A DNA stretch of 28,202 nucleotides from Planctomycetaceae bacterium (GTDB taxonomy: Bacteria; Planctomycetota; Planctomycetia; Pirellulales; Pirellulaceae), in contig JBEIHS010000013.1 in assembly GCA_040381235.1 (NCBI GenBank), positions 1 through 28,202 on the forward strand, in the 5' to 3' direction. The translations under genes and the position numbers were made by a program. Below, one piece after another: positions 21,800 to 28,202 of the stretch. Position 1 is the first letter of the stretch. Each line of letters begins with the position of its first letter. Under the pieces are notes generated by a model. That model saw only the letters and a list, made by a program, of their open reading frames with translations, was not told where the DNA came from and made no database searches.

Positions 21800-22076
21800 A
21801 ACGCTGGCCGAAAGTTGTTGGTATGGACAATGTGTGACGAGATGTTGTTGTCGAAATGAAATCATGAATTGCAATAGCGATGCCATAAGTCGAAATCATT
21901 TAGTCAATCAGCATGAAGGACTTGCGGTCGGTCGTCAGTCGCACTCGCTACAGAGCGATGACCGCAGATAGCGGCAGGCTTCAGCCTGGGATGCTACTAG
22001 GCCATGATGACAGGCTATAAATGCCTAGTACAAACCGACCCCATGCGATTCGGGAATCACGACCATTCGCGAACAC

Positions 22077-22224
22077 CGACAACCGACAACGGACAACGGA
22101 TAACTGATTACCCACAACCCGCAACCCGCAACCCGCAACCCGCAACCCGCAACCCACAACCCGTAACCCGCAACCCGCAACCGACAACTGCCAACTGCCA
22201 ACTGCCAACTGCCAACTGACAACC
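22077..22224. repeat. About 21 contiguous heptamer units (CGACAAC > CGCAACC > GCCAACT variants) ending 17 nt upstream of the next ATG; G3N4 periodicity on the minus strand
   Basis: cgacaac cgacaac ggacaac ggataac tgattac, then (c[ag]caacc) x10 at 22113-22182, then gacaact (gccaact)x4 gacaacc up to 22224. C3 tracts recur every 7 nt from 22111 to about 22178, giving (GGGTTGC)n on the minus strand. Confidence 0.92.
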
Positions 22225-22241
22225 ACCTCTGGCTTCTCTCC

Positions 22242-22733
22242 ATGCCCTCATTTCAAATCAATTTCACTGAACTGTACCGGCGCCATTTGTGCCGTCACTC
22301 CGAGTGGGGCATTAACGTCTGGCATCTTATGGCCGTGGCGGGGATTTATCTGGCATTGCTGGCGCTAGTCAGGTTGGCTCCCGGCGCCATATGGATCGTC
22401 GGGGCCGGTTCGGCGGCGTATCTGGGGTTGTTGGCGGTCACAGTGCCGTTGCGGGTTTGGCTCGCGTGCGCGGCGGTGGTGGCGGCGTTGGCAGCGGCGG
22501 CGTTCTACTTGCCGGAAGCGCCGTGGTGGTTGCCGCCGATCGTGTTTCTGGCGTTGCACCGCTTCCAAGTTTGGCAACATCGCGTCTACAGCCGCTCGTA
22601 CGACATGACGGAGTTTGCCGGAAAGTATCGAAAAGGGCCGAAGCTGGCGTTGCTGCTGGCGGTGTACGAGCTGCCGATTTTGCTCAACTATCTAGTGTTC
22701 GCCGACGCGCAAGAGCGCGTGCCGCAGGCCTGA
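22242..22733 (+). CDS. Hypothetical small integral membrane protein (3-4 predicted TM segments)
   Basis: 163-aa ORF with hydrophobic stretches (LMAVAGIYLALLALV; IWIVGAGSAAYLGLLAVTV; LACAAVVAALAAAAFYL; LALLLAVYELPILLNYLVF) and His-rich polar segments (YRRHLCRHSEWGINVWH; LHRFQVWQHRVY). I recognised no family with confidence. Confidence 0.6.
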   Translation: MPSFQINFTELYRRHLCRHSEWGINVWHLMAVAGIYLALLALVRLAPGAIWIVGAGSAAYLGLLAVTVPLRVWLACAAVVAALAAAAFYLPEAPWWLPPIVFLALHRFQVWQHRVYSRSYDMTEFAGKYRKGPKLALLLAVYELPILLNYLVFADAQERVPQA

Positions 22734-22740
22734 GGAGCGG

Positions 22741-22844
22741 CATGGGACGTCGGCATGGGACGTCGGCATGGGACGTCGGCATGGGACGTCGGCATGGGAC
22801 GTCGGCATGGGACGTCGGCTCGGGACGTCGGCTCTGGATGTCGG
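22741..22844. repeat. 13-bp tandem repeat x8 (6 perfect, 2 degenerate) in a convergent intergenic gap
   Basis: catgggacgtcgg occurs at 22741, 22754, 22767, 22780, 22793 and 22806, followed by ctcgggacgtcgg (22819) and ctctggatgtcgg (22832). Each unit carries the palindrome GACGTC. The array lies between stop 22733 (+) and stop 22853 (-). Confidence 0.92.
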
Positions 22845-22852
22845 CCAAGAGA

Positions 22853-23188
22853 TCAGCCGCGGTCGCCGGTCGCGATATCGATGGCGCCGAGCGTGCGGAG
22901 GACGGGCAGGACGAAGATCTTGCCGTCACCCATGCGGCCGGTGCGGGCGACTTCGACCACTTTGCGGATGACTTCCTCCAGGCGGGCGTCATCGACCCAA
23001 AGGGTGATTTCGACCTTGGGGAGGAAGGCGAGCGAATACTCGGAGGGGCCGTACTCGCTGAGATAGCTTTTTTGCCGCCCGTAGCCTTTCACCTCGCCGA
23101 CGCTGAGTGCTTCGATGGGGGCCCGTTTGAGGCTTTCGAGCACCTTTTCGGCCAGGTACGGCTTGACGATCGCGACGACCTGCTTCAC
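22853..23188 (-). CDS. P-II family nitrogen regulatory protein (GlnB/GlnK-like)
   Basis: 111 aa. MKQVVAIVKPYLAEKVLESL ... VGEVKGYGRQKSYLSEYGPSEY (T-loop with Tyr at the GlnB Tyr51-equivalent spacing) ... ARTGRMGDGKIFVLPV (B-loop). Confidence 0.9.
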   Translation of the reverse strand: MKQVVAIVKPYLAEKVLESLKRAPIEALSVGEVKGYGRQKSYLSEYGPSEYSLAFLPKVEITLWVDDARLEEVIRKVVEVARTGRMGDGKIFVLPVLRTLGAIDIATGDRG

Positions 23189-23228
23189 GGGTGCACCCCC
23201 GAAGGACGCGTCCTTGACGGGGGCGTGG

Positions 23229-23621
23229 TTAGCTGAAGAAGTTCACGCCGAACAGGTTGAACTCGGGCGAGCTTTCGACTTCGATGTCGCCATTGACCTG
23301 GGTCATGCAGGCCAGCCGCATTTCCTTTTCGTGGCCGATGTACATCAGGCACACGGGGACCGGTTCGGGCACCGGCACGTAGAATTTGAATTTTTCGCGG
23401 AGCGTCAACGGGTTGGTGTTTTCCATCCCCTTCTTGATCAGCACCCGGCAGGTGCCGCACGTGCCCATGCTCTGGCAATTGACGAACTTGTTGATCGAGG
23501 CTCCGACCCCGTTCACGCCACAGTTGAGGTTGATGCCCGCCTTGACCGCCTCTTCGCGGAGCCACGCTCCCTGGGGCACTTCGATTTCCTTTTTTTCCTT
23601 CAGGAATTTGATGATCGGCAT
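23229..23621 (-). CDS. (2Fe-2S) ferredoxin-like protein
   Basis: 130 aa from ATG 23621, with AGGTGA 5-6 nt upstream. The Cys pattern CQSMGTCGTCRV ... RLACMTQV resembles plant-type C-x4/5-C-x2-C...C ligands on a beta-grasp-like sequence (IEVPQGAWLREEAVKAGINL). The rest of track ORF 23229..24098 is non-coding-looking. Confidence 0.72.
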   Translation of the reverse strand: MPIIKFLKEKKEIEVPQGAWLREEAVKAGINLNCGVNGVGASINKFVNCQSMGTCGTCRVLIKKGMENTNPLTLREKFKFYVPVPEPVPVCLMYIGHEKEMRLACMTQVNGDIEVESSPEFNLFGVNFFS

Positions 23622-23787
23622 GGGAATCACCTGGTTTGCTTCGTCGACCGAACGTCCGGCATATCGTAGTCGGGTGCCAAGTGGTCTGTCCAGTCGCCCA
23701 AGCTGATGACCGATCGAGTACAATTCTTCGTCCTCATCCGGCCGTGGGCCGCCGCCTGTGCGGGCCCAGCCGCAGTTGGCCGATGCG

Positions 23788-23823
23788 GCGGCAGGTGTGG
23801 CGGCAGGTGTGGCGGCAGGTGTG
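23788..23823. repeat. 12-bp tandem repeat x3 in the ferredoxin/metG divergent region
   Basis: gcggcaggtgtg occurs at 23788, 23800 and 23812, followed by gctgggagggcggg. The array ends 26 nt before the metG ATG at 23850. Confidence 0.9.
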
Positions 23824-23849
23824 GCTGGGAGGGCGGGAAGCGATAGGAA

Positions 23850-25982
23850 ATGTCGATGAGTAGCGTGGAACGGCGGATTCTCGTCACGGCGGCGTTGCCA
23901 TACGCCAACGGTCCGATCCATATCGGGCACTTGGTCGAGTACATCCAGACGGACATCTGGGTGCGATTCCAAAAGCTGCGCGGGCGGCGGTGCGTGTTCA
24001 TCTGCGCCGACGACACCCATGGCACGGCGATCATGATCCGCGCGCGGCAGGAGGGCCGGTCCGAGGAGGCGTTGATCGCCGAAATGAGCGCCGCCCACCA
24101 GCGCGATTTCGCCGGCTTCGACATCGCCTTCGACAATTACGGAAGCACGAACAGCGTTGAAAATCGGCGGTTATGCGGCCAGTTTTGGCAGGCCTTGCGG
24201 CAGGCCGGCTTGGTCGTCGAACGCGAAGTTTCGCAGCTCTACGATCCGCAGGCGGGCACGTTTCTGGCGGATCGTTTCGTCAAAGGCACTTGCCCGAAAT
24301 GCGGGGCCACGAACCAATATGGCGACAGCTGCGACAAGTGCGGCGCGACTTACAGTCCCAGCGACTTGATCGATCCGACCAGTGTGCTCTCCGGGGCTCG
24401 CCCCGAACTGCGGGCGGCCAAGCACCTTTTCGTGGAACTCGAACAGCTGCATGCGTTCCTGGAAAGCTGGACGCAAAGCGGCGAGCATTTGCAGCCGGAA
24501 GTGGCCAATTACCTGAAGGGGCATTTCCTCAACGAACCGCTCCGCGACTGGGATGTGTCGCGGCCCGCTCCATACTTTGGCTTCGAGATTCCCGACAGTC
24601 CGGGGCACTATTGGTATGTCTGGTTCGACGCGCCGATCGGTTATATGGCGTCGACCGCCGAATGGTGCCAGCGGCACGGCGAACAATTCGACAATTGGTG
24701 GAAAAACGATGACACGGAGATCCACCATTTCATCGGCAAGGACATCACCTATTTCCACACGCTGTTCTGGCCCGGCATGCTGCGGGCGGCCGGGTACAGC
24801 TTGCCGACGAAAGTCCACATTCACGGGTTTCTCACCGTGGGTGGCGAGAAGATGTCCAAGTCGAAGGGCACCTTTATCAAGGCGGAAACCTACCTGAAGC
24901 GGCTCGAACCGGCCTACCTGCGCTATTACTACGCCTCCAAGCTCGGCCCGCGCCTGGACGATCTCGATTTGAACATCGACGAGTTCGTCAACAAGGTGAA
25001 CGCCGACTTGGTGAACAAGGTGGCGAATCTGGCGAGCCGATCGGCCAAGCTGATCCAGGATCTCGGCCTGTCGGATGTCTACCCGGACGATGGCGGTCTG
25101 TTCGCGCACGCGGCCGCCGCCGGCCACGAGATCGCGGCCGCGTTTGAAGGCGGCGATTACAGCCGGGCGACACGTTCGATCATGGAACTGGCGGACCGCG
25201 CGAACGCCTATTTCGATAGCCAAGCCCCGTGGAAGCTTAAAGCGGACGCGTCCCAGACCCAGCGGCTCCGCGATGTTTGCACGATCGGCCTGAACCTGTT
25301 CCGGCAACTGGTGGTCTATCTGGCCCCGATCCTGCCCCGGCTAGCCCAACAGGCCGGCGAACTGCTCAACGCTCCCATCCAGCACTGGGACGATTCCCAG
25401 ACGCCGCTCGCCGGCAAGCCGCTGGCCCCTTTCCAACACCTCATGAAACGACTTGAAAAGAAGGATGTCGACGCCATGATCGAAGAGAGCAAGGAAGGCG
25501 TGTTGCCTGCCGCCCCGAGTGCCGCAAGCACCCCGAGTGCCGCGAGCGCGCCGAGTGCCGCGAGCGCGCCGAGTGCCGCGAGCGCGCCGAGTGTTTCGGC
25601 GCCTGCGGCCACCGTGGACAGCGACGCGTCGCTGTTGGCCGAACCGCTGGCGTCTCAGATCACCATCGACGAGTTCGCCAAGGTCGATTTGCGGGTGGCG
25701 CGCGTGCTGGCGGCCGAGGATGTGCCCGAGGCGAAGAAGCTGCTCAAGTTGACGGTGAGTCTCGGCGGCGAGCACAAGCGGACGGTGTTCGCGGGCATCA
25801 AGGCGGCGTATCGTCCCGAGCAGTTGGTGGGGCGCCTGGTGTTGATTGTGGCGAATCTGGCCCCGCGGCAAATGAAGTTCGGCCTGAGCGAAGGGATGAT
25901 CGTCGCGGTTGGGCCTGGCGAAAAGGAAGTCTTCCTGCTCGGCGTGGACACCGGGGCGAAGCCGGGCCAGCGAGCGCACTGA
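23850..25982 (+). CDS. metG: Methionine--tRNA ligase with C-terminal Trbp111/EMAPII-like tRNA-binding domain
   Basis: HIGH region [15 protein letters not shown]; zinc knuckles [18 protein letters not shown]; KMSKS ([12 protein letters not shown]). C-terminal tRNA-binding domain: [31 protein letters not shown]...[13 protein letters not shown]. The linker (PSAASA)n is encoded by 18-bp repeats at 25515-25594. Confidence 0.95.
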   Translation: MSMSSVERRILVTAALPYANGPIHIGHLVEYIQTDIWVRFQKLRGRRCVFICADDTHGTAIMIRARQEGRSEEALIAEMSAAHQRDFAGFDIAFDNYGSTNSVENRRLCGQFWQALRQAGLVVEREVSQLYDPQAGTFLADRFVKGTCPKCGATNQYGDSCDKCGATYSPSDLIDPTSVLSGARPELRAAKHLFVELEQLHAFLESWTQSGEHLQPEVANYLKGHFLNEPLRDWDVSRPAPYFGFEIPDSPGHYWYVWFDAPIGYMASTAEWCQRHGEQFDNWWKNDDTEIHHFIGKDITYFHTLFWPGMLRAAGYSLPTKVHIHGFLTVGGEKMSKSKGTFIKAETYLKRLEPAYLRYYYASKLGPRLDDLDLNIDEFVNKVNADLVNKVANLASRSAKLIQDLGLSDVYPDDGGLFAHAAAAGHEIAAAFEGGDYSRATRSIMELADRANAYFDSQAPWKLKADASQTQRLRDVCTIGLNLFRQLVVYLAPILPRLAQQAGELLNAPIQHWDDSQTPLAGKPLAPFQHLMKRLEKKDVDAMIEESKEGVLPAAPSAASTPSAASAPSAASAPSAASAPSVSAPAATVDSDASLLAEPLASQITIDEFAKVDLRVARVLAAEDVPEAKKLLKLTVSLGGEHKRTVFAGIKAAYRPEQLVGRLVLIVANLAPRQMKFGLSEGMIVAVGPGEKEVFLLGVDTGAKPGQRAH

Positions 25983-25996
25983 CAAGGCGGCGGGCG

Positions 25997-26596
25997 ATGT
26001 TGGACCGCGCGGCCCGGCGGCTGGTCGACCCATGGCTCGAACTGCCGGCCGCGTGGCTGGTCCGCGGGGGCGTGTCGGCGTCGACGGTGACGATCGCCGG
26101 TTTCGCGCTGGGACTGGCGGCTTGCGGGGCGCTGGCTTGCCGCGAGTATGGCTGGGCGCTGGGACTGATTGTCGCGAACCGCGTCGCGGACGGACTGGAT
26201 GGGGCGGTGGCGCGTCGCACGGCCGCCACCGACTGGGGCGGTTTTCTTGATTCCGTGTGCGACACGGTGTTTTACGCCTCGGTGCCGCTTGGATTCGCTA
26301 TCGGTGTTCCCGAACAGTGGCTGCCCGCATTCTGCTTGACTCACAGTTTCTCGGGCACAGGCGGTTCGTTTTTAACGTTGGCCATCCTGTTGGCGAAACG
26401 CGGCACGAACAGTGTGAAGGCGTTTCCCTACCATCGGGGACTGATGGAGGGGACGGAGACGATCGCGTTCTTTGTCGCTTTTTGTCTCGCGCCGACGTGG
26501 TTCGCGCCGCTCGCTTGGACCTTCACGGCGCTCTGCTGGCTGACCACCGCTATCCGGATCGCGATGGCCAGCCAAGCGCTGCGCGTCACGTGTTAA
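25997..26596 (+). CDS. CDP-alcohol phosphatidyltransferase family protein
   Basis: ADGLDGAVARRTAATDWGGFLDSVCDTVFY fits D-G-x2-A-R-x8-G-x3-D-x3-D. There are several TM segments. It starts 14 nt after the metG stop. Substrate specificity cannot be read from the sequence. Confidence 0.85.
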   Translation: MLDRAARRLVDPWLELPAAWLVRGGVSASTVTIAGFALGLAACGALACREYGWALGLIVANRVADGLDGAVARRTAATDWGGFLDSVCDTVFYASVPLGFAIGVPEQWLPAFCLTHSFSGTGGSFLTLAILLAKRGTNSVKAFPYHRGLMEGTETIAFFVAFCLAPTWFAPLAWTFTALCWLTTAIRIAMASQALRVTC

Positions 26597-28202
26597 GCCG
26601 CAGCAGTTCCGTGACTCGCCGACGTGTCAACCGCCAGGCTGGCATGGCGGTGCCGATCACGCAGGTCAACACCGCGATGGCCAACGCGAGCGCGTGGATC
26701 CACCAGTACTCGATCGAGTAGATCTGTCCTTCGACGAGTTCCTCTATCGGCATCACACGCGAAGCGAGGCGGCGCAGCAGCGGCTCTCCAATGGCGACGG
26801 CGGCGGTGGCCGCCGCGAAGGCGATGAGGCCGATGGTCACACCTTGTTTGGCGAAGATGGCGGTGATGGTTTGACGTGAGAGTCCCAACGCCTGCAGAAT
26901 GCCCATCTCATGAGCCCGTGATTGAGCGCTCATCGACGACGACAGGATCACGGTCGTCATCGCGAGCATCAAGCAACCGGCCGAAATCGTGCCGACCACA
27001 ACGCTGATGGCTTGGGCCATCGCTTCGAGGCTTTCCTGGGCGGCCAGTTGGTTCTCGGTGCGGTAGCCGTGGGCTTCAAGCCAATCGACCAGCCGCCGGA
27101 CTTCAGCGGGCCCGCGCGCATAGATATTGCAGCGCGAGTACCCCTGCCGGGAATGGAGTTCGGTCAGCGAAAGGAACCCGCCGTCCGCCGGATCAAACGC
27201 CGTCCAGCCATTCGCCCACCGCGCCAGGTCGGCGTGGACCGAGCCGGAGAGACTGAATTCCGCCGGGGAATGTTCGATCCGCGCGACGTACCCGGTGAAC
27301 GTCCGCGTCTCGCCGCGCGACGATGTCAGAATGAACGGGAACGGATCGCCGATGGTCAACTGGTGGCACTCGGCCGCTTCGGGCGACACGACGAGGTTCC
27401 AGCCGGCCAGCGGCGCCGCATGAGCAACTCGCGGGATACGGCCGTGTCCGGAAGTGGCGGCGGACACGGTCGCGGAAGCGGCGGCCACCGGCGACGGAAT
27501 GCGCACCGCGCCGTTCCTTTCCGCCGCGGCGTGCCGCGCTGCATAGCGGGCCGTCGAGTGTTCGCGCGCGGCGTGCAGTTCGATCCGGAAACCATTCGGT
27601 AAACTTGCGACGACCGGCCCGGGGAAATCCAGCGTTTGTCGGTCCAACGCCTCCGCTTCGTTCCCCACGGGAACGTGGCCCACATGAACGCCGAAGGTCG
27701 CGATCCGGTGAAGGCACCAACGATCGATACGCTCTACGACATCCAGCGGCACAAACACCGTATCGATGGCCCGCTCCTCGTCGAGAATCCCGGCGATCCG
27801 CAGCGTCACGGTCATCTGCTCGGGGCGCCCGCCCCGGGTCCGGTTGGCCCCGAGCGTTACCTGCGTGATCGTGGGCCCGAAATCGCCGAGCTCGCCGCCA
27901 AGTCGGCGCAGAAGCGAACGCGAGATCACCGCCGATAGCTCCCGGGTGCTAGCGGGGCCGATGCCCCAGGCCAGCCTGTCGGAGCGGATTCCCGGATCGG
28001 CAGGCACGGTTGCTTCCATCGTCGCCAGCCAAGGTGTCGGCGTCGCGAGCCGGCCCGGCCAAAGTTTGACGTTCTGAGCGATCTTGGGAAACGCGAGCGC
28101 AACCTCCGACCGCTGGTTCCACGCGGCGATCGCCCGCCGATCGAACCAGCCAGTGGTCGGCCCGTTATTCGGGCTGGCCGTCGGGCTCGCGTTCGGACTG
28201 CC
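26586..28202 (-). CDS. ABC transporter permease, FtsX/MacB-type (5'-partial; continues beyond the window end)
   Basis: C-terminal FtsX domain: RAHEMGILQALGLSRQTITAIFAKQGVTIGLIAF plus three TM segments and the tail AWRLTRRRVTELLR. I translated the minus-strand frame upstream of ATG 28019 and it stays open to nt 28202 (...GWFDRRAIAAWNQRSEVALAFPKIAQNVKLWPGRLATPTPWLATMEA...). The gene therefore probably starts outside the window. Confidence 0.85.
   Translation of the reverse strand, partial: GSPNASPTASPNNGPTTGWFDRRAIAAWNQRSEVALAFPKIAQNVKLWPGRLATPTPWLATMEATVPADPGIRSDRLAWGIGPASTRELSAVISRSLLRRLGGELGDFGPTITQVTLGANRTRGGRPEQMTVTLRIAGILDEERAIDTVFVPLDVVERIDRWCLHRIATFGVHVGHVPVGNEAEALDRQTLDFPGPVVASLPNGFRIELHAAREHSTARYAARHAAAERNGAVRIPSPVAAASATVSAATSGHGRIPRVAHAAPLAGWNLVVSPEAAECHQLTIGDPFPFILTSSRGETRTFTGYVARIEHSPAEFSLSGSVHADLARWANGWTAFDPADGGFLSLTELHSRQGYSRCNIYARGPAEVRRLVDWLEAHGYRTENQLAAQESLEAMAQAISVVVGTISAGCLMLAMTTVILSSSMSAQSRAHEMGILQALGLSRQTITAIFAKQGVTIGLIAFAAATAAVAIGEPLLRRLASRVMPIEELVEGQIYSIEYWWIHALALAIAVLTCVIGTAMPAWRLTRRRVTELLRLNT

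Noticed and set aside
21913-22020. 35-aa ORF (MKDLRSVVSRTRYRAMTADSGRLQPGMLLGHDDRL) and several ORFs of 13 aa or less in the AT-richer island
   Set aside because: There is no RBS, no recognisable motif and no evidence of conservation. They cannot be told apart from chance ORFs.
22242-22733. Assignment of the 163-aa membrane protein to the DUF962/Mpo1-like family, based on Y-x2-H...N-x2-H spacing near the N-terminus
   Set aside because: The resemblance is limited to a few residues with different spacing, and the second conserved motif of that family is not evident.
22077-22844. Possible CRISPR array suggested by the dense direct repeats
   Set aside because: Units of 7 bp and 13 bp are strictly tandem with no unique spacers, and no cas genes are present.
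22391-23236. ORFs 22391..23236(+), 22755..23066(+), 22768..22971(+) and 22684..22992(-), which read through the 13-bp repeat
   Set aside because: Their periodic peptide (MGRRHGTSAWDVG) is produced by the repeat itself. The region beyond it is antisense to the well-supported P-II gene.
23622-23849. Riboswitch or T-box leader upstream of metG
   Set aside because: I saw no conserved SAM-riboswitch or T-box core elements, only a short GC hairpin and the 12-bp repeat.

Overview
GC-rich, gene-dense chromosomal segment that looks planctomycete-derived. The clues are a PVC-type CxxCH heme-binding/dehydrogenase-domain protein, KP/TP-rich low-complexity linkers, and many long spurious antisense ORFs. 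I support 21 protein-coding genes, two of them cut by the window edges. I found no rRNA or tRNA, no CRISPR array and no transposase or integrase.

Left part (1-10137): a degenerate double trypsin-like/PDZ protein translationally coupled to an intact HtrA-like protease; then Rrf2 regulator, LspA and DksA/TraR on the minus strand; then the 1017-aa PVC heme-binding protein and UDP-glucose 6-dehydrogenase.

Centre (10403-21778): two divergent operons that both look lipid-related. The minus operon is SAM-MTase > SqdX/Agt-like GT4 > PlcP/LpxH-like metallophosphoesterase > COG3963-like phospholipid N-methyltransferase. The plus operon is GMC flavoprotein > Psd-like decarboxylase > orphan 620-aa protein with a degenerate PCMH/VAO-type FAD fold > 915-aa tandem (pseudo + intact) class-III aminotransferase. 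The plus operon is my best candidate for an undescribed system (lipid or glycolipid head-group tailoring), but its function is inferred only.

Right part (21779-28202): a small membrane protein, a 2Fe-2S ferredoxin-like > P-II operon, metG, a CDP-alcohol phosphatidyltransferase and a partial FtsX-type permease.

The window is also rich in near-perfect short tandem repeats. Some are in frame inside at least eight unrelated CDSs. Others are intergenic: heptamer arrays with G-quadruplex-type spacing, a 13-bp x8 array, a 14-bp x5 array and a duplicated 33-bp hairpin unit. All homology calls come from reading motifs by eye; no database search was run.
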